Origin: Candidatus Daviesbacteria bacterium RIFCSPHIGHO2_02_FULL_43_12
GTDB taxonomy: Bacteria > Patescibacteriota > Microgenomatia > Daviesbacterales > UBA10151
DNA length: 64,000 nucleotides
NCBI GenBank assembly: GCA_001776775.1
Contig: MFDD01000002.1
Location: forward strand, 37,746-101,745
Direction: 5' to 3'
A program made the translations under genes and the position numbers. The notes below the pieces were generated by a model. It did not search any database and was not told the DNA's origin. It was given only the letters and a program-made list of their open reading frames with translations. Every line of letters begins with the position of its first letter. The stretch's first letter is position 1. Of the stretch, positions 1-9,612 are shown piece by piece.

Positions 1-244
1 AGTTAACAGTGATAAACTTTACAAACTGATAAACCTCTCTTCCCCTGGACGACATATACTTCGCCTTGAATTCGAGGACAATAATGCAGAACTTTTTGCA
101 TTTACTTTTGGCTGATCAATATAAAAGCTCCAGATGGAAGATCTTTACCGACCTCTAATTCTAGGGCTTCGGGCAGGCATATTCTCATGTCGCAAAGAAT
201 TAAAGTTTGTGGCCTTTAGTTCTTCTGTTCACTCTTTCTTAAAT

Positions 245-700
245 TCAGACTCCTTGCAAAAAACCTTGACTCTTCGTAGCAGAGTCCTTATTCGCAATTA
301 TTACATCATTTACATCTTCATCGGAGACATTTTTCTCCCAGTCCGACTCTTTTCCTTCAAAATCTAGTATTACCGCACCTGCTTCTTTTACCAGCAAAGC
401 ACCACCTGCGATATCATGGATCGGGCAACCATTAATAATTTCAGCATCGTATCTGCCGGAAGCGACATAACATAGGTCAGTAGCAATGGATCCTGTACAG
501 CGATAAGTTCTCACTTCTCCTGCTAGTAATGAGCAAATCTTTCCATATCTTAGTTTCTCCTGAGCATTTTGGCCGCGATTTAAAGCTACAAATGCTTTAC
601 TTAGATCCACGGTTTGACTTATTTGAATCTTCGTGCCATTTAAGAATGCACCTTTACCTACTTCTGCAGTAAATAACTCATTCAGGATACGTTGAAGCAT
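245..700 (-). pseudogene. Inositol monophosphatase (IMPase/SuhB family) C-terminal fragment; N-terminal ~110 aa including the DPIDGT metal-binding motif are absent
   Basis: The 151-aa ORF matches the IMPase C-terminal half (GAFLNGTKIQIS..., WDIAGGALLVKEAG-like segment). Only 140 bp separate it from the next gene, so the missing N-terminal half cannot be encoded upstream. Confidence 0.55.
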
Positions 701-738
701 TCCCAGCTTTCGTTATCCAGAAACATTTGCATATTGAT

Positions 739-755
739 ATTGGTTTGCAACCAAT
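739..755. promoter_or_regulatory. Inverted repeat ATTGGT-N5-ACCAAT upstream of the RM operon (possible operator or C-box-like site)
   Basis: Palindromic arms are read directly in the AT-rich 140-bp region preceding the endonuclease gene. Confidence 0.2.
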
Positions 756-839
756 AGATATCGGTCAGGGTGTACTTATACACTATAGCCCTCCAAAACT
801 AGAAGAATTAAGAATGTGATTTTTTGATAGAATAAAGAT

Positions 840-1478
840 ATGAGTACTTCCCTCTCGCTCGAAGAAACAATTCAGGCACTTGCCACAAAATATGCTGCTG
901 CTTTGAAACAAAAGATAGATGACAGAGTTGAACTTATGAAAGATGATGAAAATAGTCACTATCTGATTTATAGAGTCCTTGGCATCACAGACGAAGAAGG
1001 GGCCTTAATAGATATTTATCAAAACAAGGGTCGATTTTTATATAAATATGCAGGATCTTTTTTAGAAGAAGCTACTCTTTTATGCTTCAAGGAGAAGTTT
1101 CCAGGCTCTAAAGGAAAGACAAGAATTGAAAATAAAATAGGCCAGCGTCCAAAGACCTTTGAAATTGATTGTTTGGTTGAGAATGAAGCATTTGAAATTA
1201 AATGGAAAGATGCCACAACCGATGGAGACCACATTACTAAAGAACACACGAGATTGAGAAGTATCAAAGCTGCTGGTTATACCCCGATAAGGATTATGTT
1301 TTACTATCCCACAAGAGAGCAAGCCATGAGAATACAACAAACATTAAGAACCCTTTATTTAGGAGTAGATGGAAAATACTATTTTGGTGACGAGGCATGG
1401 GAGTATGTAAAAGAGAAAACTGGCGTGGATCTCAAAGGAATATTGACAAGAATAGCAGATAAAAATCAAAACGGGTAA
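840..1478 (+). CDS. Putative type II restriction endonuclease (PD-(D/E)xK-like)
   Basis: 212 aa, ATG at 840. Its stop lies 3 bp before the methyltransferase start. It has a D...E-x-K-like motif (FEIDCLVENEAFEIKWKD). The assignment rests on position in an RM pair, not on recognised homology. Confidence 0.45.
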   Translation: MSTSLSLEETIQALATKYAAALKQKIDDRVELMKDDENSHYLIYRVLGITDEEGALIDIYQNKGRFLYKYAGSFLEEATLLCFKEKFPGSKGKTRIENKIGQRPKTFEIDCLVENEAFEIKWKDATTDGDHITKEHTRLRSIKAAGYTPIRIMFYYPTREQAMRIQQTLRTLYLGVDGKYYFGDEAWEYVKEKTGVDLKGILTRIADKNQNG

Positions 1479-1480
1479 CT

Positions 1481-2680
1481 ATGCAGATAAATAATGTATA
1501 TCTAGGTGATTGTTTAATAAAATTAAAAAAGGTAGAAGATAAAAGCATTGATTTAATCTATCTCGATCCTCCATTCTTTACAGGTAAAGCTCAGATACAA
1601 AAAACAAGAGATAATTCTAAAGAGTATCTATTCGATGACAAGTGGGAGGATCTCGATCAATATCTAAACTTCTTAAAGACAAGGATTATTGAATGTAAAC
1701 GCACACTTAAAGATACTGGTAGTATCTTTCTACATTGTGATAAGAACGCATCTCATTATATAAGAGTTTTATTAGATGAGGTTTTTGGCCCTGAAAACTT
1801 TGTAAATGAAATTATATGGACATACAAGAGATGGTCTAATGCAAAAAAAGGGCTTCTGAACGCTCACCAGAATATATTTTTCTACTCTAAGACAAAAAAA
1901 TATCAATTTTTTACCCAATTTACAGACTACTCCCCAACTACAAACATAGACCAAATATTACAAGCGAGAGAAAGAAATGAACACAACAAAACAGTCTATA
2001 AAAAAGATGCAAATGGAGAAGTAGTAACTGGTAAAGAAAAAGTGGGGGTACCTCTTTCTGATGTTTGGGACATACCATATCTAAACCCAAAAGCGGAAGA
2101 AAGAGTAGGTTATCCAACTCAAAAACCAGTAATCCTTCTCGAGCGCATTATTACATTAGTGACTAACGAAGGTGATGTGGTATTAGATCCATTTTGCGGA
2201 AGCGGTACAACACTGGTTGCAGCTAGTATAAATAAAAGACAGTATATTGGGATTGATATTTCAGAAGAAGCCACACAACTGTCAAAGAAGCGCATAAAAG
2301 AGGCTAAGATAACCAAATCTCATAGGTTAGAGAAAGGATTGGATTCTTACCTGAATAAGGAAGATTATGTAAGAGAAATATTATCTCAACTTGATGCTGT
2401 AATTGTAGAACGGAATAAGGGAATTGATGGTTTTCTTAAAAAACATATTGACGGAAAACCAGTTGCAATTTATGTACAAAGAAAAAATCAGTCATTAGCA
2501 GATGCTATTACTCTAATAAGAAAGGCTACGCACTCAAAAGGAGTTGGTAAAAAGATTTTAATAAGAACCAATGATGTTGCAGTTTTGTTTGATGAGGATA
2601 CATCAGATAAAGATGACCTTTTAATCATCGAGAGTTTAGATTTTCAAGTCTTTGAAAAATTTACTCGACCTTTAGTTTGA
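1481..2680 (+). CDS. DNA methyltransferase, N4-cytosine/N6-adenine family (beta-class; motif IV DPPF precedes motif I FCGSGTT), with an uncharacterised ~130-aa C-terminal extension
   Basis: Motif IV is IYLDPPFF near the N-terminus; motif I is VLDPFCGSGTTLVAA later. This is the PF01555-type architecture. Confidence 0.85.
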   Translation: MQINNVYLGDCLIKLKKVEDKSIDLIYLDPPFFTGKAQIQKTRDNSKEYLFDDKWEDLDQYLNFLKTRIIECKRTLKDTGSIFLHCDKNASHYIRVLLDEVFGPENFVNEIIWTYKRWSNAKKGLLNAHQNIFFYSKTKKYQFFTQFTDYSPTTNIDQILQARERNEHNKTVYKKDANGEVVTGKEKVGVPLSDVWDIPYLNPKAEERVGYPTQKPVILLERIITLVTNEGDVVLDPFCGSGTTLVAASINKRQYIGIDISEEATQLSKKRIKEAKITKSHRLEKGLDSYLNKEDYVREILSQLDAVIVERNKGIDGFLKKHIDGKPVAIYVQRKNQSLADAITLIRKATHSKGVGKKILIRTNDVAVLFDEDTSDKDDLLIIESLDFQVFEKFTRPLV

Positions 2681-2730
2681 TTAAAGAGGAAAACATACCC
2701 TTGGATAACTGTATCCAGTTAAATTAATAA

Positions 2731-3276
2731 CTAAGTCTTTTTTCTTGCACCATAAATGCCGAAAAATATACTCATAACTGCGGTAGAAAAACCTATTCTA
2801 AATAAAAAACTTTCCATTGATTCAAAGGGCACAATTAAACCCCCTGGGACACTTGCTATAACAGCAACACTAGCCCCTCTTAGAACTGGGTTATGATATA
2901 TACCTGAACCTATGCGTTGGGCTAAAGTCGGTGGCCTTAGTAAACTCAATTCCCTTTGATGTCTTAATGCATCAAGATATTTTTGAGTAGTATCCTCTGA
3001 TAATTGACCTAAATGTACTCTGCTTTCTAATAATTTTAATGTTCTATTCAAAGCTTGAGTTGAATGACCTAAATCTTGTGGCTGGGTGGGTGCAACGGGG
3101 GTCTTAACTGCTTTTATTATATCAGTTAATCCATCCATATCTTCGCTAAACTGAGGTAATGCGGCCAAACTGGCAAGAACACCGGCTGCTTTTTGCTCGG
3201 TCGAATAAGGCTGGAGGGGATTTCTTATGTTTTTAGGTAATCGTCTGATTCTTTTTAAAATTTCTGACATAAACAA
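2731..3276 (-). CDS. Hypothetical protein with C-terminal hydrophobic anchor
   Basis: 181-aa ORF with a C-terminal TM-like segment. No recognised motif. Confidence 0.4.
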   Translation of the reverse strand: MFMSEILKRIRRLPKNIRNPLQPYSTEQKAAGVLASLAALPQFSEDMDGLTDIIKAVKTPVAPTQPQDLGHSTQALNRTLKLLESRVHLGQLSEDTTQKYLDALRHQRELSLLRPPTLAQRIGSGIYHNPVLRGASVAVIASVPGGLIVPFESMESFLFRIGFSTAVMSIFFGIYGARKKT

Positions 3277-3365
3277 ACATTATACCCAAACCTATAGTAG
3301 TAGTCAAATCTATTTCTAATACTCACAACTTCCACGACCCTGGCTAAATGGGCCGCCTCGACTGC

Positions 3366-3881
3366 TTACTCAACTCCTAAAGCTCTATTCATTCCTTGAG
3401 CTGATCTTAAAGCTCTGTCCTGAACCGGGCTAGCACCTGGTCGATGAGATAGCATACCAAAACAGAGAGCTTCTAACCGCCCAGCTCGCCGATCACAAGC
3501 TATAAAAGGAAGGAAAGAGACGGTCTGCGGTAAGCTGATTATTTGGTAACCACTCTGGTTACCACCCTCTGTAAATACTCTCGGGGAGGCATCTCTTCTA
3601 AGCGTTGTTTCAACTCTCGGGACATTCGAAACCCCCTCACCCGTACTTAATTCTCCTTGTAAAGATATCAGGGCGGTGCCATCAGAATTTACCAGCATTG
3701 GAACAATCCCTCCTGGCATAAAACGCTGAGCTCCCCTTGGTAAGATATTATCCTTCTTACCCATACCAAAAAGCTTTGCCTCTAGTAGACCCATATCGAT
3801 CATCTGCTGCATATCTAAATTCCCCGATTCAAAAGCCTCCAATGGTATGCCTTCTAAATATTCGATCATTACTATCGCCAT
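3366..3881 (-). CDS. Hypothetical protein
   Basis: 171-aa ORF with somewhat higher GC than its neighbours. No recognised motif. Confidence 0.4.
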   Translation of the reverse strand: MAIVMIEYLEGIPLEAFESGNLDMQQMIDMGLLEAKLFGMGKKDNILPRGAQRFMPGGIVPMLVNSDGTALISLQGELSTGEGVSNVPRVETTLRRDASPRVFTEGGNQSGYQIISLPQTVSFLPFIACDRRAGRLEALCFGMLSHRPGASPVQDRALRSAQGMNRALGVE

Positions 3882-3985
3882 ATGGAGAATATATCTTAGC
3901 CCTTACTTAAAAGCAAGGAGATCTTATTGCTTGCTTATAGTCCCATAGTGTGATATACTACTCGCCTATAGTTTCTCTATAGGAT

Positions 3986-4645
3986 ATGTTAGACTCAATT
4001 GCCAGTACTATTTTATTCGGATTTTTACAACTTGGAAAGCCTAGCTTCGAGGTTCGACCTACTGTTTTGTCTTCCCACCAGATGTCTCTGGACAATCGAT
4101 ACCCGGTCGAAAGTGTTAATGAGGTCTTTAAAGACAATATTTTACTGACTTTAAATTATATGAATAACTCAGTACCTACCAAATCAGAATCAGCTGATAA
4201 AGGCTTGATAGACTGGGAAAAAGTTAAGACCAGTGGACAATATGAGCTTACTCTCGCTCCTAATGAAACATTTGCTTTCCACGATAATCTGTTGCCTCAA
4301 TTTGTCGGCAAGGTTAGCAAGACAACCAATGCCCACTTTAACGGTAGCGAAAAATTTAAGTCAGATGGCTATTTAATGGGAGATGGTGTTTGTCATTTAG
4401 CCTCAATTTTAAAGTGGGCCGCCGCAGATGCAGGTCTGGATGTACTAGCCCCGACCAGGCATGATTTTGCTAATATTCCTGAAGTTCCCAGGGATCAAGG
4501 GGTATCGATCTATAGTATGCCTGGTCAAGGTGGAAACAGTGCCCTGCAGAACCTTTATATTACAAATAATAAAGACAAAACAATCAGGTTTATCTTTGAT
4601 TACAAAGATAGCGTGTTAACTGTCTCTACGGTTGAATTGTCTTAA
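3986..4645 (+). CDS. VanW-like domain protein
   Basis: GDGVCHLASIL resembles the conserved GGGVCQ.S.TL motif of VanW-family proteins. N-terminal hydrophobic segment. Confidence 0.45.
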   Translation: MLDSIASTILFGFLQLGKPSFEVRPTVLSSHQMSLDNRYPVESVNEVFKDNILLTLNYMNNSVPTKSESADKGLIDWEKVKTSGQYELTLAPNETFAFHDNLLPQFVGKVSKTTNAHFNGSEKFKSDGYLMGDGVCHLASILKWAAADAGLDVLAPTRHDFANIPEVPRDQGVSIYSMPGQGGNSALQNLYITNNKDKTIRFIFDYKDSVLTVSTVELS

Positions 4646-5270
4646 TTTTAAGACTATTAAAGGCCTTTGTAGCCAATTTATCTTCCGGCTTGGTAAACCT
4701 TCGAATCAAATACATTTTGTTCTCTGCTGAGATATAAGTATAAACAGGAGATTTATCCTGGTAGGAAACTACATTACCGGCAGTAAGATGGCCACTAACG
4801 GAAGCTTCCAGCTTTGGTTCGACTTCGCTCTTGCGATCTGAACTAAACTCACCCCACATAAATGGATAGTACCAATATTTCTTGTACCAATTATCAATAG
4901 AGATGTTTTCAGGATTATCAAATTCCCAGATGGTCAGAGGAGCGTCATCAATGCTGCCTTTATTTGTTAAGGCAACCGCCGCCACAAACATTGGAGGCTC
5001 ATATCTTACATATCCGGTAAAATTCTTGCGGAAATCCCCATTTCCCCGGATTGAATAAGCCTGCTCTGTGTCTTCTGTTACTTGGTAGGCCGGATCATAG
5101 TCAAAGGAAATCCCCATTTGATCGCTGTTGTAAGTTTGAAACTTGGGACCGGAATTATTAATTGTTGAGCTGTTAAGAATAGGTGAGCTTGGCGGCTGGC
5201 TGAATATCTTAAAAATAAATATCCCGGTCAAGGCTACAACAACAATAGCAATAAGTACTTTAGGCAGCAT
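4626..5270 (-). CDS. Hypothetical secreted or membrane-anchored protein
   Basis: N-terminal signal/TM (LIAIVVVALTGIFIF). 214 aa. Confidence 0.45.
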   Translation of the reverse strand: MLPKVLIAIVVVALTGIFIFKIFSQPPSSPILNSSTINNSGPKFQTYNSDQMGISFDYDPAYQVTEDTEQAYSIRGNGDFRKNFTGYVRYEPPMFVAAVALTNKGSIDDAPLTIWEFDNPENISIDNWYKKYWYYPFMWGEFSSDRKSEVEPKLEASVSGHLTAGNVVSYQDKSPVYTYISAENKMYLIRRFTKPEDKLATKAFNSLKIKTIQP

Positions 5271-5650
5271 TAAAGGTTAGAAAGGTCTTGGTCGATGGTA
5301 GAGAAGTCTTGGATAGAGGTATCGTTCTCGATAGAATTAAGGTCGGATTGATCTTGGGCTGCTTGTTGAGAGGGGTTGAGAGAAGGACTTGGGGAAGCTG
5401 TCACTGATTGGGTGGAGGCATAAGGCTGCTGTGAGGCAACCGGAGCCTTCACTATCTGGTTAGTATTGAATAAAAAATACGCTCCAGCTCCGAGCATGGC
5501 CAGAATTAAAAGAATAAGTAGCATATAAACCAAAGATCTTCCCTTCCCCCCGCTATTTACAGCCACTAAATCAGGTTTAGTCATTGGAGTAGGTGACTGA
5601 TTGGAGCTTGGGCTTATTTCAGCTTGAACTTTTGTTTCCTGAGATTCCAT
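5270..5650 (-). CDS. Hypothetical membrane protein with low-complexity S/T/Q-rich tails
   Basis: 126 aa with one central TM (LVYMLLILLILAMLGAGAYFLF). Start/stop coupled to its neighbours. Confidence 0.4.
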   Translation of the reverse strand: MESQETKVQAEISPSSNQSPTPMTKPDLVAVNSGGKGRSLVYMLLILLILAMLGAGAYFLFNTNQIVKAPVASQQPYASTQSVTASPSPSLNPSQQAAQDQSDLNSIENDTSIQDFSTIDQDLSNL

Positions 5651-5653
5651 ATT

Positions 5654-6253
5654 TTATTTTTTACTTGCTACAGTTGTATAAATATTCCTGATTGCATCGC
5701 GTACACTCAAGACAGCCTGGAAGGTAGCCTTTAAGTCTTTGAATAAACTATTCCGAGCTGACTTAGCATCTGCTCTGACGGTTGTTTCGGTAGAGTCTAC
5801 TATTGAATATGATTTGGCTTGCTGCGTGGCCACTGCTGCTTTAGCTGAATCTAGTGCAGTTTGAGCCTTAGAGATCGCCTCATTGACTAAAGTTGATGAT
5901 ACTGTAGAATCTTTAGCTCTTTCGGAAACCCGACCCAGGATTTCTGTTAGTTTATCCAGCTGGTGAGACAATTCTGTGGTTTTACGCTGATTGATATTAG
6001 CTAGTTCTGCATTGATCCGCTCAGCTGCCTGAGCCTTTTTTTGGTCTTTAAACTTGTTAAAGTTGGCTTCTCTGGAGGCGATCCTCTCCATTTTATCCTC
6101 TACCTTTTGCTTGGCTGTTTCTAGCCTTGTTTTAAGAGCTTCTGCTCTTTCGAGAGGGGTTTTTGAAGTAGTGGTTGTTGTTTGGGCCAAAACTACAGAA
6201 GTAGTAACCGTAAAAAACAGGATTGCTAAAGCAGCAGACAGCAACTTGTTCAT
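5654..6253 (-). CDS. Secreted coiled-coil protein
   Basis: Signal peptide followed by A/K/E/Q-rich predicted helices. Confidence 0.45.
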   Translation of the reverse strand: MNKLLSAALAILFFTVTTSVVLAQTTTTTSKTPLERAEALKTRLETAKQKVEDKMERIASREANFNKFKDQKKAQAAERINAELANINQRKTTELSHQLDKLTEILGRVSERAKDSTVSSTLVNEAISKAQTALDSAKAAVATQQAKSYSIVDSTETTVRADAKSARNSLFKDLKATFQAVLSVRDAIRNIYTTVASKK

Positions 6254-6282
6254 TAACTAACTTTAACAGCCTCCACCAATCT

Positions 6283-6311
6283 TTGTCAAATAATCCAAAA
6301 ATTGATACAAT
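6283..6311 (+). promoter_or_regulatory. Sigma-70-like promoter TTGTCA-N17-TACAAT upstream of tRNA-Arg
   Basis: Near-consensus -35 and -10 hexamers with 17-bp spacing, about 30 bp before the tRNA. Confidence 0.4.
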
Positions 6312-6340
6312 TCCTCCAGGCAATTTGGTTTGCCGAGACA

Positions 6341-6413
6341 GCCCCCATAGCTCAGTGGATAGAGCACATCGGTTCTAACGATTAGGTCGGAGGTTCAAAT
6401 CCCCCTGGGGGCA
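6341..6413 (+). tRNA. tRNA-Arg (anticodon TCT)
   Basis: Cloverleaf folded by hand. Acceptor GCCCCCA/TGGGGGC, D-arm GCTC..GAGC, anticodon loop GTTCTAA, T-loop TTCAAAT. No encoded CCA. Confidence 0.75.
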
Positions 6414-6470
6414 CTATAGAGGATTTTCGGGATTGTTTCTTTTGCTTTTTCCTCATTAGTCATATTTAAC

Positions 6471-7214
6471 TTAGGTCTTACTAAGTACTACAATAAACAT
6501 TTCGGATTTACCATCATCTTGATAATAAGCTCCGACCTTATATCTACCAGAATCTACGTCCATTTTAGTTGATGTGTCATGTTCGGAGTTGTACATATCT
6601 GATACACAAATTACTCCACTTGGAGTCTCAAGTTCAGCTTCGGAAGACATAACAACCTTTTTGTATTCTTCTTTTTTAAGTACGGGAGACTGACCGTCAA
6701 CTAAACGTAAGACCACTCTATAAGTTCCGTCTGCTCCTGGATTCATAAATAGTCCAATTCCTTTTTCGGTTAGTTCTTTTAGACCATTTTCGGTAATTTC
6801 AGGCCAAATACTAAAATCTGGAAGTGCAGAAGGATCTCCTATAAAAACAGTTCCACTTTCTATGGATACATTTCCTTTGTCTTCCTTCAAGATTTGTATA
6901 TTCCCAGCATCTGATGCATCTAGCCATCTGGAAGTTATAAAAGAGAGGCTTCGATTTGTGTTCTCGGAAGGGTGGATAAGAGATTCCTCTCTAAGGATAT
7001 TGATGTAGAAAGAAAGTTTGTCTAAATTTGCCTCCCCGTTTTCTGCCGCCCAACGCGCATAATGCCCAGCTTTGTCTATTAGCTTCCACTTGGATCGAAT
7101 ATCGCTTTCGTGCTGGTACTTAACCCAATAGGTTTTTGCCAGGAATTCAAGCTCATCTAGCGTAACTGCTTTTGGCTGGGAAAATGTTTTCTTTTCTATC
7201 TCACTTAGATCCAT
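6471..7214 (-). CDS. Hypothetical protein
   Basis: 247-aa ORF next to the tRNA. No confident family assignment. Confidence 0.45.
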   Translation of the reverse strand: MDLSEIEKKTFSQPKAVTLDELEFLAKTYWVKYQHESDIRSKWKLIDKAGHYARWAAENGEANLDKLSFYINILREESLIHPSENTNRSLSFITSRWLDASDAGNIQILKEDKGNVSIESGTVFIGDPSALPDFSIWPEITENGLKELTEKGIGLFMNPGADGTYRVVLRLVDGQSPVLKKEEYKKVVMSSEAELETPSGVICVSDMYNSEHDTSTKMDVDSGRYKVGAYYQDDGKSEMFIVVLSKT

Positions 7215-7325
7215 ACCTGGATTATAGCAAAAAATCTACATCATGCTAAATAGGTTCCAACTTCGTCCCAGATGGGGACACGTCCTATAGTTGCACAATG
7301 CACTGGGCTGATTTATAATTAGTCC

Positions 7326-7943
7326 ATGCAAAGAAGTCGCCTCCTCGAATATGGAATTGTATCTGGTGCAGCTATTATTGCTACAGCTGGCTTATTTAGA
7401 AGCTGTGAACCTGCCCCTCCTCCTCAAGAGGCGGTAAGAAAAACATTCGCAGAACACCTCAGTCATACTGTCAGAGCTGGACAGGAAATCACTATTTTAC
7501 AAGCCGGTATCATTATAAGAGAAGGCGTGCATCGAAGAGCTGCCCCAATTAACGACGGCACCGGTGTAGATTCTGTCTCTGATTGGTACTCTCGAGCTTT
7601 GCAAGTAATACTAAATCCTCTATATCTTCCCAAGTCAGTTGCCAGAAGCCTTTACCCTGGTCGCTGGCAGCAGGAAGAGCTTGACTGGTTAGTCTGGTTT
7701 AAAGATAAACGAAGCTTAGCTGGAAGCGAAGATCCTACCTGTATTGGCATACAAAGAGACATTATCCCCTATCTTTCGCTATATCAACCTAGTCGTTTTG
7801 GTAGAGTAGTTGGTGACTTGACCCTTGCAGATATCGATTCCCTAAAAAGAGAAGTGACACTTCTACCTGAAACAAGAAGTCCCCGCAGTGCGATGTATTT
7901 AGATCCGGAGGGAAATAGAACTAGAGTCATGCGCCAAATCTAA
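7326..7943 (+). CDS. Hypothetical protein
   Basis: 205 aa. First of two co-oriented unknown genes. Confidence 0.45.
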   Translation: MQRSRLLEYGIVSGAAIIATAGLFRSCEPAPPPQEAVRKTFAEHLSHTVRAGQEITILQAGIIIREGVHRRAAPINDGTGVDSVSDWYSRALQVILNPLYLPKSVARSLYPGRWQQEELDWLVWFKDKRSLAGSEDPTCIGIQRDIIPYLSLYQPSRFGRVVGDLTLADIDSLKREVTLLPETRSPRSAMYLDPEGNRTRVMRQI

Positions 7944-7951
7944 TATCAGCC

Positions 7952-8740
7952 ATGCTTGACGAAAGACACAGAATTTCTCTTGGCAGAGTAGATTTTAAAG
8001 GCGGATATCTTCTGGTACCTAGCCAAAATCAACCGAGTGGAATCACCGGCGAAGTTGCTACTATTCGGGAAAGAGTTGAAAGAAGAGGGCTCTCTTGGAT
8101 GAGTCACGTTGGGATAAAACCGGGCTGTAGCAGAGTGATGCAAGAGTTTTCGCTCGGAGGGAGCTCTAGGTATATTGCCAAGCATCAACCAACTACCCGG
8201 TACTCAAGAATTATAGACGAGCTCCAAGCTGCCTCTTTTATCCAATCATTATTACCCGAGCTTCAAAAAAGTAAGACTATTCACCAGCATAGACTTGGAG
8301 AGCTTAGGGTTGAGTTAGCCGCAGAACAACCCGTAGCTGGAATTGTACTTTATGATGCTAATCAAGATAAAGTACAGCAAGCAGCTTCGGTTTTTAGGTG
8401 GGTACCTGGTATTGGTGGACACGAGAGTGAAGTGATGAGCCAAACAGCAAGTATTTTTGGAATTCCAGTTAGAGACTTAGACCCCTTTTTGCGCCAGGTT
8501 GTAAAGCTAGCTTTTGAATATTTTAGAGCAAACGGGCTTACCTGGTCCGATGCCAGACAGGCACAGACTATTATCAATAGAGTTTTTGATCCACAGGACC
8601 GCCTGACCCTCCTCCGAGTCACTCTAGTTGATTTTGAATCATGTTTATTTTCTCCCCGAAGACAAACAATTTTTCACTCTTTGTTTGGGCTGCTAGAGGA
8701 TAGATTTGTCAGAAATCTTACTTTAGACCAAAGGTGGTAA
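7952..8740 (+). CDS. Hypothetical protein
   Basis: 262 aa, starts 9 bp after the previous stop. No recognised motif. Confidence 0.45.
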   Translation: MLDERHRISLGRVDFKGGYLLVPSQNQPSGITGEVATIRERVERRGLSWMSHVGIKPGCSRVMQEFSLGGSSRYIAKHQPTTRYSRIIDELQAASFIQSLLPELQKSKTIHQHRLGELRVELAAEQPVAGIVLYDANQDKVQQAASVFRWVPGIGGHESEVMSQTASIFGIPVRDLDPFLRQVVKLAFEYFRANGLTWSDARQAQTIINRVFDPQDRLTLLRVTLVDFESCLFSPRRQTIFHSLFGLLEDRFVRNLTLDQRW

Positions 8741-8760
8741 ATATAAAGTAAAAAAACGAC

Positions 8761-9612
8761 TTAACTCACCAGAATTAAACCAATAAAACTAAGTAACGCA
8801 CCGAGAAGCTTTCGTTTTAAAAAGGATGTCTCCTTGAGAAAAATAATCGATAACAGTGCTGTTAATATAACTGATGTCGTGTTGATTGTCGTAGCCTGAG
8901 GAAGGTTAGTAGTTCGCTGTAAGGCTGTATAGTAAGTTATAGCACCTGCTGCAAAGAAGCTACAAAAGAATAGAGTCTTCAGCAACGTCCTTTTGCCTAA
9001 GAAATACTTGATATGCACAACTTCTTTTGGTCTTGCCAGGACTATTAATAAAGCAGGTAATAAAAAGGCCAAAGTTACAAAAGGATATACAGGGAGAGAG
9101 CTTACCAATATTTTGTCATTCACTACTGCTATTCCAGCTAATGCCGCTGCTATCAGAGTATAAATATCCCCTCGTTCTAGTTTAAATCTCTCTTGGTGGA
9201 TAGTCACCAAAACAGCACTGACTAAAATAAGCAGGGCGCCTACCCCTTGCCTCAGACCAAGGTTTTGCTGAAGAAAGATAGAGGAACAGACAACCGCTAC
9301 TATCGTACGGGAAGTAAAAAGAATTGAGTATTTTGAAGCCTCTGTTTCTTTGAGAGCTTTAAAGGAGAAGATGCTAGCTAAAGCATAAAGAACAGCTAGT
9401 AAGATTAGGCGAGGAGACATCGGTATCAAATTAGGCAGTGACATATCTGTAAATAAAAATCCAAACAGTCCAACCATTCCGGCTACAACTAACTGAAATA
9501 AAATACTAAAGGCTATCGGAGAACTTCTATTTTCCCTGAGAATTATTCTCTGGAGTATTGTGGATAAGGACACAAAGAGTACACTAAGCAACATAAATAC
9601 CTGCCAGCTCAT
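8761..9612 (-). CDS. EamA/DMT-family transporter
   Basis: About 10 predicted TM helices in two halves typical of drug/metabolite transporters. Confidence 0.65.
   Translation of the reverse strand: MSWQVFMLLSVLFVSLSTILQRIILRENRSSPIAFSILFQLVVAGMVGLFGFLFTDMSLPNLIPMSPRLILLAVLYALASIFSFKALKETEASKYSILFTSRTIVAVVCSSIFLQQNLGLRQGVGALLILVSAVLVTIHQERFKLERGDIYTLIAAALAGIAVVNDKILVSSLPVYPFVTLAFLLPALLIVLARPKEVVHIKYFLGKRTLLKTLFFCSFFAAGAITYYTALQRTTNLPQATTINTTSVILTALLSIIFLKETSFLKRKLLGALLSFIGLILVS

Noticed and set aside
134-367. 77-aa + strand ORF at the window start
   Set aside because: It overlaps the IMPase-fragment reading frame on the other strand and has no coding features.
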